A program made the translations under genes and the position numbers. Shown here piece after piece: positions 32,748-44,046 of a stretch of DNA of 64,000 bases (position 1 is the first letter of the stretch; every line of letters begins with the position of its first letter). Below the pieces are notes generated by a model. It had not been told where the DNA came from. It did not search any database and worked only from the letters and a program-made list of their open reading frames with translations. Origin of the DNA: Planctomycetota bacterium (GTDB lineage Bacteria; Planctomycetota; JAJSAM01; JAJVHW01); NCBI GenBank assembly GCA_965248445.1, contig CBDFJG010000003.1:704001-768000 (forward strand), given 5' to 3'.

Positions 32748-32926
32748 GAATCGCGGAGGGCGCGGCCGTTGCCGAGAAGCCGCCGTGCCCGCAGTTCCTC
32801 CGTCGCGGTCGAGTACCGCGACGGAGGAGGAGTCCGACCGCGCATGGCAGGAGGGCCCGGCGATCGGAGCGACACACACGCGGGCGGGGCGGCGGGGCAG
32901 CGCCCCGCCCCTGCCAGCGGGCCCGC

Positions 32927-33062
32927 ACTGGTTGCGTGAATGCGGAGGGCGCGGGGGTTGCGCAGCAAGCGCCGTGACCACAGCGTCCGGAGGACGCGTA
33001 GGAGGGAGACACTGATGTGTCGATTGGTCCGTCGATCGCTCCGCGATCGACGGACCAATCGC

Positions 33063-33070
<8 letters not shown>
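32927..33070. repeat. Dispersed structured non-coding element, copy A, with 58-nt terminal hairpin
   Basis: Homologous to 42727-42880; scaffold ACTGGTTGCGTGA...GCGGAGGGCG...CGTGACC.CAG...GGAGGGAGACAC; perfect 19-bp stem 33021-33039/33043-33061. Confidence 0.8.
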
Positions 33071-34730
<1,660 letters not shown>

Positions 34731-34732
34731 CG

Positions 34733-35893
34733 CTACCCCTTCTCCTTCTTCCCGAAGAACCCGCTGCTGCCGGGGTCGGCATCACCGCCACCGGACCCGC
34801 CGCCCGATCCGCCGCCCAGTCCACCGAGTTGATCGAAGTCGAGCTTCTGCTGCATCTCCTTCGGCTCCTGTGACTTCTGAACCAGTTCCTCCTTCGAGAT
34901 CGTGCCGGACTTGTAGAGGTCCCAGAGGAAGTCGTCGAGCAGCGTCATTCCGAGGTTCTTCGACGTCTGCAGCGTGCTCTTGATCTTGAACGTCTCGTTC
35001 TTGCGGATGTGGTTCTCGACCGCCGGCGTCATGATCATGACCTCGAAGCCGGCCACGACGCCGTCGTTGCTCGCCTTCGGCATCAGCACCTGTGAGATGA
35101 CGGCGATGAGCGACACGGAGAGCTGAGCGCGGATCTGCTCCTGCTGATCCCCGGGGAACGAGTCGATCACGCGATCGATAGTGCGCGCCGCACCGGTCGT
35201 GTGCAGGGTCCCAAGCACGAGGTGGCCGGTCTCCGCCGCCGTGATGGCCGTCGAGATCGTCTCGAGGTCGCGCATCTCACCCAGCAGGATCACGTCCGGG
35301 TCCATGCGGAGCACGCGGCGCATCGCCTCCTGGAACGTGCCGACGTCGGACCCCAGCTCGCGCTGCGTCAGGATCGACTTCTTGTGCTCATGGTAGTACT
35401 CGATCGGATCCTCGATCGTCACGATGTGGTGATCGAAGTTGTCGTTGAGGTAATTCACCATCGTGGCGAGTGTCGTCGTCTTGCCGCAACCGGTCGGTCC
35501 GGTGACGAGGAGCAGCCCGCGCGGCCGGTGCAGCAGGTCGCGGACCTGCAGCGGCAGCCCGATCTGCTCGAACGTGAGGATCGTTGTCGGCAGCAGGCGC
35601 AGCGCGAGCCCGACACTGTTCTTCTGGCGGTAGATCGAACAGCGGAAACGGCACAGGTCTTTGTGCGCGTAGCCGAAGTCGGCGCCGCCCTTCTCGCGGA
35701 ACTCGAGTTTCATGCGCGACGGCATCAGCTGATTCGCGAGATGCGTCGTGTCGTCACTCGTCAGCACAGCGCTCTGGAGCGAACGCATGCGCCCGTTCAG
35801 GCGGATCGTGGGCGGACGGCCGACGGTCAGGTGCAAGTCCGAACCGTTCTGCTTGTGGACGAAGTCCATCAACTGGAATATGTCGTATGCCAT
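34733..35893 (-). CDS. pilT: Type IV pilus retraction ATPase
   Basis: SDLHLTVGRPP, GPTGCGKTTT, EDPIEY, GEMRDLETI and AETGHLVLGTLHT motifs. Confidence 0.9.
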   Translation of the reverse strand: MAYDIFQLMDFVHKQNGSDLHLTVGRPPTIRLNGRMRSLQSAVLTSDDTTHLANQLMPSRMKLEFREKGGADFGYAHKDLCRFRCSIYRQKNSVGLALRLLPTTILTFEQIGLPLQVRDLLHRPRGLLLVTGPTGCGKTTTLATMVNYLNDNFDHHIVTIEDPIEYYHEHKKSILTQRELGSDVGTFQEAMRRVLRMDPDVILLGEMRDLETISTAITAAETGHLVLGTLHTTGAARTIDRVIDSFPGDQQEQIRAQLSVSLIAVISQVLMPKASNDGVVAGFEVMIMTPAVENHIRKNETFKIKSTLQTSKNLGMTLLDDFLWDLYKSGTISKEELVQKSQEPKEMQQKLDFDQLGGLGGGSGGGSGGGDADPGSSGFFGKKEKG

Positions 35894-35981
35894 CGTGATC
35901 GGTTGTCCGTTCGGGCTCCGCTTGGTCTCGTGTCGTCGTCCTGGCCGGAGGTCTCTGTGACCGTCAGGTCGGCACCGTGTC

Positions 35982-37646
35982 TCAGGTCGGCACCGTCTCC
36001 CCGGCGACAGCGACGGTCAGGACCTCGTCGATCGTGATGTCGCCGCCGAGGAACTTCTTCACGCCATCTTCCATGAGGGAGACGAGGCCGCCGGAGATCT
36101 TCGCCTGCTCGCGCAGCTTCACCGTGCTGGCTCCGCGGAAGCACATCTCGCGCGTCGTCGAGTCCATCTGGAACAGTTCGAAGACGCCGATGCGGCCGTG
36201 GTACCCGGTCTCCGAGCAGTCGTCGCACCCGACCGGCCGGTAGACCTGGCGTCCCTCCAGCGCGTCCGTCGTGAGGTTGATGCTGCGCAACTCCACGTCG
36301 GTCGGTGTGTAGGGCTCCTTGCACTTCTCGCAGAGCTTGCGCACGAGCCGCTGCGCCATGATCGCCATCACGGCGGTCGATACGAGGAACGGCTTCACGC
36401 CCATGTCGATGAGGCGAGTCAGCGCGGACGGCGCGTCGTTGGTGTGGAGGGTCGAGAAAACGAGGTGTCCCGTGAGCGACGCCTGAATCGCGATCTCGGC
36501 CGTCTCCTTGTCTCGGATTTCGCCGACGAGGATGATGTTCGGCGCCTGGCGCAGCATGGCCCGCAGGATGCGCTGGAAGTCCAGGCCGATGTTGTGCCTC
36601 ACCTGGCACTGGTTGATGCCGGACAGGTTGTATTCGACAGGATCCTCGGCGGTGATGATCTTGACGTCGGGTCGGTTCAACTCGCGTAGCGCCGCGTAGA
36701 GGCTCGTCGTCTTGCCGGACCCCGTCGGGCCGGTGACGAGGAACAGACCGTTCGGCCGCTTGATGATCTTCTGGAAGCGGGCGTAATCCTCGCTGGCGAA
36801 GCCGAGGGCAGGCAGCGAGATGAGGCCGTACTCGCGATCGAGGATGCGGCAGACGACGCTCTCGCCGTGGTACGCGGGCAGCGAGGACACACGCAGGTCG
36901 ATCTCGCGTCCAAGCAGCTTGATGTTGATGCGACCGTCCTGCGCCTTGCGCTTCTCGGAGATGTCCATCCCCGCCATCAGCTTGATGCGGGACAGGATCG
37001 CGGGCGTCAGGTGGAGCGGTGGGCTCTCCTGCAGCCGGCAGCGACCGTCGATGCGGTAACGCACACGCAAGTGCTCCGCGAACGGCTCGATGTGAATGTC
37101 CGACGCGCGGTCGCGCAGCGCGTCCTCGAGGATCTTGTTGACGAGACGGATGATCGGGGCGTCGTCGTCCTCGTCCTCGACGTCTTCCGCGGCGGTGGCC
37201 ACCGTCGCGTCGGAGTCGATGCCGTAGTACTCGCCCATCGCCTCGCGGAACGCCGTGGGCGTCGTCAGTGCGCAGCGAAACTCGTGACCGGTCGAGAACC
37301 GGAGGTCGTCGAGCATCATCACCTGCTCGGGGTCCTCCACCGCGACGATCATGCCGTCGGCCTCCTTCTTCACCGGGATGCAGCGGTACGTCTGCACCTG
37401 ATCGGCCGTGAGGAGCGCCGTGACCTGCGGCGTGAGGCGAGCCTTCGAGAGGTTCACGAACGGCATGCGGAACTGTGTGCAAAGCGCGCGCGCGAGTTGC
37501 TCCTCGTTGACGACACCGGCCACGAGGAGCGCCTGGCCGATCTTGATGCGCTGCTGCTGACAGACCCGGAGGGCGCGCTGGACGTCCTCCTCCGAGATCC
37601 CGGCCTTCTCCTTGAGGATGTCCCCCAGGCGCTTGCGCTCGGCCAT
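35982..37646 (-). CDS. GspE/PilB-family assembly ATPase with MshEN-like N-terminus
   Basis: RLGDIL...KIGQALL..G..EEQLARAL; ASDIHIEP, GPTGSGKTT, LRQAPN and GRIGVFEL motifs. Confidence 0.94.
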   Translation of the reverse strand: MAERKRLGDILKEKAGISEEDVQRALRVCQQQRIKIGQALLVAGVVNEEQLARALCTQFRMPFVNLSKARLTPQVTALLTADQVQTYRCIPVKKEADGMIVAVEDPEQVMMLDDLRFSTGHEFRCALTTPTAFREAMGEYYGIDSDATVATAAEDVEDEDDDAPIIRLVNKILEDALRDRASDIHIEPFAEHLRVRYRIDGRCRLQESPPLHLTPAILSRIKLMAGMDISEKRKAQDGRINIKLLGREIDLRVSSLPAYHGESVVCRILDREYGLISLPALGFASEDYARFQKIIKRPNGLFLVTGPTGSGKTTSLYAALRELNRPDVKIITAEDPVEYNLSGINQCQVRHNIGLDFQRILRAMLRQAPNIILVGEIRDKETAEIAIQASLTGHLVFSTLHTNDAPSALTRLIDMGVKPFLVSTAVMAIMAQRLVRKLCEKCKEPYTPTDVELRSINLTTDALEGRQVYRPVGCDDCSETGYHGRIGVFELFQMDSTTREMCFRGASTVKLREQAKISGGLVSLMEDGVKKFLGGDITIDEVLTVAVAGETVPT

Positions 37647-37910
37647 GCCCGTCTTGCCTCCCTGACCGTCCGCGCGACGGAGAACCCGCCGCCACGCACC
37701 GTCTCGCGTGTCCCCGCTCTCCGGCGGGCCGCCCAACGTAGCCCTCCGGCGTGCCCAAGGCAACAGTGGCGGCGACGCCGGCTGCGACTCAGTACGACGC
37801 CCGAATCCGGCCGGCGGGAAGCGGTCCCGGCCTCGCGGCTAAACACGCCGGGCCCATGGCAGCGACCGCTATCCTCTGCGGCCCGACCGCCAGGAGGTGA
37901 CGCCTTGTCC

Positions 37911-38573
37911 ATGCTCGCGAGAACCCTCTCCGCCCTGCTCCTGGCAGTGCTGGGCGCCGGCCTGAGCGGCTGCTGCACGCTGAGCCGTGGGTTCTGCCCG
38001 TGCCCCAAGTGCCCCCCGGCGGGCCGTGAGATCCGGCGTGGCACGCCGAACACGGCGCTCGACTTCATGACGAACGCGATCCTGACCCGGCGGGTGGCCG
38101 ACGTCTACAACAGCCTCCATCCCGAGTTCCGCGCCCGTTTCGGCGGCTTCTCGCAGTCCGACTTCACCACGGCATTCGAGTACTACGAGGACGACTTCAC
38201 CACGGATGCGCGGCGGTTCGCCCGCGCGCGGCGCGAGGTCCTCGGTATGACGGCGGACGGCTCGACCGTCGGGATACGGATCGAGGACGGCGAGATGTCC
38301 GCGGTGCTCTATTTCAGGAACCAGCCGATGGCTCGCATCCGGCTGGACGACGATTTCGTGCCCGAGAGCAACGCTGTCATTCCGTCCCTCGGGGAGATCA
38401 TCATGATCGACGGCGACAACGTTGCACCGCTTCCGGTGCCCTTCCCGGGCGTCACGGGCGCCGACCCCTGGACGGTCGAGAGCCTGGAGTACCGGAACGA
38501 CTGGCGGCTTTTCGACATGAAGGAAGCGCGCAACATCCGCTTCCTCGACCGCCTCATCGAACAGACGCGGTAG
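37911..38573 (+). CDS. Putative lipoprotein
   Basis: Signal peptide with lipobox LSGC, then Cys-rich CCTLSRGFCPCPKCP; AGGAGG upstream. Confidence 0.7.
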   Translation: MLARTLSALLLAVLGAGLSGCCTLSRGFCPCPKCPPAGREIRRGTPNTALDFMTNAILTRRVADVYNSLHPEFRARFGGFSQSDFTTAFEYYEDDFTTDARRFARARREVLGMTADGSTVGIRIEDGEMSAVLYFRNQPMARIRLDDDFVPESNAVIPSLGEIIMIDGDNVAPLPVPFPGVTGADPWTVESLEYRNDWRLFDMKEARNIRFLDRLIEQTR

Positions 38574-38612
38574 CGACATGCGGCGTACACGATTCGATCG
38601 GGCCAGTTCACG

Positions 38613-41399
38613 ATGACTGCGAAGCGGAAGCGCAGAAAGCGGCGCATCTGGTCGTTCGGCGGTGGCAAGGCCGAAGGCAACGCCCGGATGAACGACGAAC
38701 TCGGCGGCAAGGGCGCCAACCTCTGCGAGATGGCGCGGCTCGGCCTGCCGGTGCCGCCGGGCTTCACGATCGGCACCGGCGTCTGCCGCGCGTACTGGGA
38801 GGGCAACGAGACCCTGCCGAGCGACCTCTGGCCCGAGGTGCGCCGGGCGATGCGGCGCGTCGAACGGAGTCTCGGCCGGTCATTCGGCGCCGGCCCGAAG
38901 CCGCTCCTGGTTTCGATCCGCTCCGGCGCCGCGGTCTCGATGCCCGGGATGATGGAGACGGTCCTGAACGTCGGCCTGAACGACGCGACCCGCGAGGCGC
39001 TGGCCGCCGAGACGGGTCACCCGCGCATGGCGCTCGACAGCCACCGGCGCCTGATCCAGATGTTCGCGCGCGTGGTGCTCGGACTCGAGATCCGCGAGTA
39101 CGAGAACGCGCTGGACTCGCTGAAGCGGCGGCGCGGCGTCGACGACGACACCGAGCTGTCCGCCCTCGACCTGGCCGAGCTGCTCGAGACCTATCGCGAG
39201 ATCTTCGAGGACGGAGCCGGCCGCCCGTTCCCCGAGGACCCGTGGGAGCAACTGCAGCTCACAGTGGAGGCCGTGTTCCGCTCGTGGAACACGGCGCGCG
39301 CGATCCGCTATCGCGAGATCAACGCAATCCGCGGCCTCGTCGGCACGGCGGTGAACGTGCAGGCGATGGTGTTCGGGAACATGGGCAACGACTCCGCGAC
39401 GGGCGTGTGCTTCACGCGGGATCCGTCCACCGGACGGAACGTGTTCTACGGCGAGTTCCTCCGCAACGCGCAAGGCGAGGACGTCGTGGCGGGGATCCGG
39501 ACGCCGCTGCCGATCGCCCGCATGAAGCGCATGCTGCCGGAACCGTACGAAGAGCTCGTGCGCGCCAAGGACCTGCTGGAGCGCCACTACGGCGACGTGC
39601 AGGACATTGAATTCACCGTCCAGCAGGGCGAGCTCTTCATGTTGCAGACGCGCACCGGGAAGCGGACGGCACGGGCCGCGGTGCGAATCGCGGTGGAGAT
39701 GGTCGGAGAAGGCGGCCTCGACGAAGACGAAGCCGTCCTGCGCGTGGACCCCTCGTCGCTCGACCAGTTGCTCCATCCCACCTTCGACTCCAAGGCGGCG
39801 CGTCGCGTCCTGGCACGCGGGCTGCCCGCGTCACCCGGCGCAGCGACCGGTCGGGCGGTGTTCAACGCCGACGACGCGGAGGAATGGACGGCCCGCGGGG
39901 AGACCGTGATCCTGTGCCGTGACGAGACGAGCCCTGAGGACATCCACGGCATGCACGCCGCCGTCGGCATCCTGACCTCGCGCGGTGGGATGACCTCGCA
40001 CGCCGCGGTCGTGGCGCGGGGAATGGGGACGTGCTGCGTCGCGGGTTGCGGCTCCGCCGAGATCGACGTCCACGCCCAAGTGATGCACGTGGGCGGCGAG
40101 ACAATCGCTGCCGGTGACTGGCTCTCGCTCGACGGCTCGACGGGCGAGGTGATGCTCGGACGCGTCGCGACGAAGAGTCCACAGCTCTCGAAACACTTCC
40201 GGATTCTGATGAGCTGGGCGGACGAGAGACGACGCCTGGGCGTGCGCGCGAACGCGGAGACGCCCCACGACGCGAAGGTGGCCCGCGGCTTCGGCGCTGA
40301 GGGCATCGGGCTCTGCCGCACCGAGCACATGTTCTTCGACGACGAACGCATCGCCACGGTGCGCGAGATGATCCTGGCCGAGGACGCGGACGGCAGGGCT
40401 GCCGCGCTGGCCAAGCTCCTGCCCGTGCAGCGGCAGGACTTCACCGAGATCTTCCAGGCCATGAAGGGCCTACCTGTGACGGTGCGCCTGCTGGACCCTC
40501 CGCTCCACGAGTTCGTGCCGCTGAGCGAGGAAGCGCAGCGCGTGACCGCCAAGGCGCTCGGCCTGCCGGTCGCCGCAGTGCGCCGGCGCGTCGAGGCGCT
40601 CCGCGAAGTGAACCCGATGATGGGCCACCGTGGCTGCCGCCTCGGCATCAGTTATCCCGAGATCTACGACATGCAGGTGCGCGCGATCGCGCAGGCCGCC
40701 GTGCGGTGCCGGAAGCGTCGGATCAAGGTGCACCCCGAGGTGATGATCCCGCTGGTGGGCCACGTGAACGAACTGCGCGTCTTGGCCGGCCGCGCCCGCC
40801 GGATCATGGAACAGGAATTCGCCGCCGAGGGCGTCGACGTGCCGTTCCTCGTCGGGACCATGATCGAGATTCCACGCGCGGCGCTCACGGCGGACGAGAT
40901 CGCGCCTCACGCGGAGTTCTTCTCGTTCGGCACGAACGACCTGACGCAGATGACGTTCGGGTTCAGCCGCGACGACGTGAACGCGTTCCTGCCCGACTAC
41001 CTGCGTCAACAGGTGCTGCCGGTCGATCCGTTCCAGTCGCTCGATCAGCGCGGCGTCGGCCAGCTCGTTTCACTCGCGATCGAGCGCGGCCGCGGCGCGA
41101 GCCCGAAGCTCAAGATCGGCCTCTGCGGCGAGCACGGCGGCGACCCGGACTCGATCGCGTTCTGTCACGCGGCGGACATGGACTACGTGAGTTGCTCGCC
41201 CTTCCGCGTCCCGATCGCGCGGCTCGCCGCCGCTCAGGCCGCGATCCGCGACGACGGTGGAGGGAAGGCGAAGAAGCGCGCGAAGAAGTCCGCTCCGAGA
41301 CGTAAGAGGCGCACGAAGCGTCGTGCGCGCACGGTCGCCGGGACGAAGCGAAAGACTGCCCCTCGGCCAGCGCCGCGCCGACGGCGCCGAACGACCTGA
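38613..41399 (+). CDS. ppdK: Pyruvate, phosphate dikinase
   Basis: LGGKGANL, SMPGMMETVLN, GEDVVAGIRTP, GGMTSHAAVVAR, GIGLCRTEHMF, FSFGTNDLTQ and CGEHGG motifs. Confidence 0.97.
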   Translation: MTAKRKRRKRRIWSFGGGKAEGNARMNDELGGKGANLCEMARLGLPVPPGFTIGTGVCRAYWEGNETLPSDLWPEVRRAMRRVERSLGRSFGAGPKPLLVSIRSGAAVSMPGMMETVLNVGLNDATREALAAETGHPRMALDSHRRLIQMFARVVLGLEIREYENALDSLKRRRGVDDDTELSALDLAELLETYREIFEDGAGRPFPEDPWEQLQLTVEAVFRSWNTARAIRYREINAIRGLVGTAVNVQAMVFGNMGNDSATGVCFTRDPSTGRNVFYGEFLRNAQGEDVVAGIRTPLPIARMKRMLPEPYEELVRAKDLLERHYGDVQDIEFTVQQGELFMLQTRTGKRTARAAVRIAVEMVGEGGLDEDEAVLRVDPSSLDQLLHPTFDSKAARRVLARGLPASPGAATGRAVFNADDAEEWTARGETVILCRDETSPEDIHGMHAAVGILTSRGGMTSHAAVVARGMGTCCVAGCGSAEIDVHAQVMHVGGETIAAGDWLSLDGSTGEVMLGRVATKSPQLSKHFRILMSWADERRRLGVRANAETPHDAKVARGFGAEGIGLCRTEHMFFDDERIATVREMILAEDADGRAAALAKLLPVQRQDFTEIFQAMKGLPVTVRLLDPPLHEFVPLSEEAQRVTAKALGLPVAAVRRRVEALREVNPMMGHRGCRLGISYPEIYDMQVRAIAQAAVRCRKRRIKVHPEVMIPLVGHVNELRVLAGRARRIMEQEFAAEGVDVPFLVGTMIEIPRAALTADEIAPHAEFFSFGTNDLTQMTFGFSRDDVNAFLPDYLRQQVLPVDPFQSLDQRGVGQLVSLAIERGRGASPKLKIGLCGEHGGDPDSIAFCHAADMDYVSCSPFRVPIARLAAAQAAIRDDGGGKAKKRAKKSAPRRKRRTKRRARTVAGTKRKTAPRPAPRRRRRTT

Positions 41400-41415
41400 C
41401 GACCGAGGTAGTCGG

Positions 41416-41811
41416 CTACTCGTCGTCGTCCTCGTCCCGGCTAGCGTTGCTGCCGCCGTTCCCTTCACGGGCCAGGTTCTCGAGCGAATCCATGGCGCGC
41501 CGCAGGTGCATGTCGAGCACGGAGAGGTTCTCCCACAGCCCCATCGCGAAGCGTCGCGGGTGGCGATCCCCGGCTCCGGGGAAGCGGGCCAGTCGGATGG
41601 CCTTCTTCGTCATGGGCTGCTTCGCTTCGAGCGAGGCGAGGTGGTAGACGAGCGTCTCGACATCCCGCGCGCGCTCGGGGAAGTGCTTCCCGAAGACCCT
41701 GCGGAGGCCCTTCGAGCTGATCTTGAAGCGCTCGACCATCCGCTCGTCCCGCTCTTCGCGGCGCCGGCGCCGGTGTTCCTCGTTTCCGTTCCCGTTGTTG
41801 CCGTCTGCCAT
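41416..41811 (-). CDS. Hypothetical protein
   Basis: 131-aa ORF with GGAG RBS directly after yebC. Confidence 0.65.
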   Translation of the reverse strand: MADGNNGNGNEEHRRRRREERDERMVERFKISSKGLRRVFGKHFPERARDVETLVYHLASLEAKQPMTKKAIRLARFPGAGDRHPRRFAMGLWENLSVLDMHLRRAMDSLENLAREGNGGSNASRDEDDDE

Positions 41812-41819
41812 GGGATCTC

Positions 41820-42560
41820 CTAGCCGTCGAAGCCTTCGGGGAACTCTGCGTTGCAATAGACGTTCTCGACGTCGTCGTGCTCCTCGATCGCCTCGAGGAG
41901 GCCGGCCACCGACCGCGCGCCGTCCGCGTCGAGCGGGACGAGGTCCTTCGGGATGTACAAGGTCTCGGCCGAGCTGTACGTGAGATCGGCGGCCTCGACA
42001 GCGGCCTGCAAGGCCTCGAGCGTGTCGGGCGCGCCGCGCACCTCGACGTGGTCGCCGACGCTCTCGACGTCCTCCGCACCCGCGTCCAGCACCGCCTCCA
42101 TGACGGTGTCCTCATCCGTTCCCGCCGCCACGACGCGAACCACCGCCATGCGCTGGAACTGCCAGGCGACCGACCCGGACGATCCGAGATTTCCGCCGCG
42201 CTTGGTCAGGATCGAGCGGATGTCGCCACCGGTCCGGTTGCGGTTGTCGGTGAGCGCCTCGATCAGGACGGCGGCGCCGCCGGGCGCGTACGCCTCATAG
42301 ACGAGTTCCTCGAGCGAGTCAGCGCCCTCGCCCCCGCCGACCGCTCGCTTGATCGCGCGGGCGATCTGGTCATTCGACATGTTCGCCGCGCGCGCGGCCT
42401 TGACGGCGTACTTGAGCTTGAGGTTGGTGTCGGGGTCACCGCCACCGGACTTCGCGGCCGCGATGATCTTGCGCGAGATCTGGCTGAAGATCTTGCCGCG
42501 CTTCTTGTCGATCGCGGCCTTCTTGTGGGCGATGTTCGCCCAGTGGGAGTGTCCTGCCAT
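41820..42560 (-). CDS. yebC: YebC/PmpR-family protein
   Basis: MAGHSHWANI, YEAYAPGG, LTDNRNRT and DDVENVYCN motifs. Confidence 0.94.
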   Translation of the reverse strand: MAGHSHWANIAHKKAAIDKKRGKIFSQISRKIIAAAKSGGGDPDTNLKLKYAVKAARAANMSNDQIARAIKRAVGGGEGADSLEELVYEAYAPGGAAVLIEALTDNRNRTGGDIRSILTKRGGNLGSSGSVAWQFQRMAVVRVVAAGTDEDTVMEAVLDAGAEDVESVGDHVEVRGAPDTLEALQAAVEAADLTYSSAETLYIPKDLVPLDADGARSVAGLLEAIEEHDDVENVYCNAEFPEGFDG

Positions 42561-42726
42561 GACCGGAAAGCTCTACCCTCGAAGCCTGTTCGCGAAACCC
42601 GCGTAAGTCGCGTGCTCATCGTCGGATGAGTCTCGCGGAGCATAGGACCGCCCACTCGCCCCCGTGAGGAAACCACGAGCAGCGAGGCACACGGGCGGGC
42701 GCAGCCCGGCCCTAAAGCGCGCACGA

Positions 42727-42880
42727 ACTGGTTGCGTGAGAGCGGAGGGCGGGACGCTTGCAGCGCAAGCGTCGTGACCGCAGCCCTCCGTAGCGGTCGG
42801 AGACCGCGTGGGAGGGAAACACCAGCAAGGCTGATTTCACGCGGATCGTTACGCGATCCGCGTGAAGTCAGCGCTTGCTG
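42727..42880. repeat. Dispersed structured non-coding element, copy B, with 58-nt terminal hairpin
   Basis: Homologous to 32927-33070; scaffold ends GGAGGGAAACAC; hairpin 42823-42880 overlaps the rpsI stop. Confidence 0.8.
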
Positions 42881-43485
42881 AACTGGAAGCCGCGACGGGC
42901 GCCGCGACGACCGTACTTCTTGCGCTCCTTGATCCGCGCATCGCGCGAGAGGAGCCCGTTGTCGCGCAGGGCGCGCTCGGTCTCTGGAGCCAGCACGATC
43001 ACGGCACGCGCGACGCCGAGCGCGACGGCGCCGGCCTGTCCGGACGTGCCGCCGCCGTGCACGTTCACCCAGATGTCGTACTCACGGCGAACGCCGGCCT
43101 GGTCGAGCGCGGCGGTCGCGGTGTGACGGTCCGCGACGTGCGAGAAGTACTCGTCGAGCGGCTTGCCGTTGATCATGAAGTTGCCGCCACCGGGGAAGGT
43201 GCGAACGCGGGCGGACGACGACTTGCGGCGGCCCAGAGTCCAGAGCGGGTTGCGCGCCGAGTAGTCCGTCGGACGGACGAAGACCTCGGCTACCGGCTCT
43301 GCGGCAACGGGTTCTGCGGCAACGGGTTCTGCGGCAACGGGCTCTACCGCGACGGGCGCGGTCTCGGCCGCGGTCGCTTCCGCCGGCGCTTCCGCGGGCG
43401 CCTCGACGGCCGGCTCCGTGGCCTGATCTGCGGACTCTGCGTTCGCGGCGGGGGCGGTCTCGGGTGTGACGGCGTCGTCGGTCAT
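42868..43485 (-). CDS. rpsI: 30S ribosomal protein S9 with acidic N-terminal extension
   Basis: GRRKSSSARV, GGGTSGQAGA and RDARIKERKKYG..GARRGFQFSKR motifs. Confidence 0.96.
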   Translation of the reverse strand: MTDDAVTPETAPAANAESADQATEPAVEAPAEAPAEATAAETAPVAVEPVAAEPVAAEPVAAEPVAEVFVRPTDYSARNPLWTLGRRKSSSARVRTFPGGGNFMINGKPLDEYFSHVADRHTATAALDQAGVRREYDIWVNVHGGGTSGQAGAVALGVARAVIVLAPETERALRDNGLLSRDARIKERKKYGRRGARRGFQFSKR

Positions 43486-43489
43486 GGCT

Positions 43490-43921
43490 CTAGGAAAGCT
43501 CCAACGGCTGTGGCTGCTGCGCGGCGTGCGGGTGGTCCGGGCCTGCATAGACCTTCAACTTGCGGATCATCTGGCGGCCCAGTCGCGTCTTCGGGAGCAT
43601 GCGACGGATCGCAAGCGTGATGACGTCCTCGGGCTTCTTGGCGAGCACGTCGGCGACGCTCCGCTCCTTGAGCCCGCCCGGGTAGCCAGAGTAGCGGTAG
43701 TACTTCTTGTCCGCCGCCTTGCGGCCGGACAGACGCACCTTCTCGGCGTTCACGATCACGACGAAGTCCCCGGTGTCGAGGTGCGGCGTATACGTCGCCC
43801 GGTGCTTCCCCATGAGGACGCGCGCGATGCGGGACGCGAGGCGGCCGACGACGCGGTCGTCCGCATCGATCACCCACCACCGGCGCTCCAGTTCGCCCTT
43901 CTTCGGCATGTACGTGCGCAT
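43490..43921 (-). CDS. rplM: 50S ribosomal protein L13
   Basis: [29 protein letters not shown] and HPHAAQQP motifs. Confidence 0.97.
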   Translation of the reverse strand: MRTYMPKKGELERRWWVIDADDRVVGRLASRIARVLMGKHRATYTPHLDTGDFVVIVNAEKVRLSGRKAADKKYYRYSGYPGGLKERSVADVLAKKPEDVITLAIRRMLPKTRLGRQMIRKLKVYAGPDHPHAAQQPQPLELS

Positions 43922-44046
43922 GGGGTCACCCCGCCGTGAGCGGCACCGGCATAGCCGGTCCGCAGGAACCTCTCCCCGGATTCGGGGAGGAAGCGGGCGA
44001 TGGTCCGCGCGAGCCCCCTCACGGTCCACCATTTTTGAGGGGTCCT

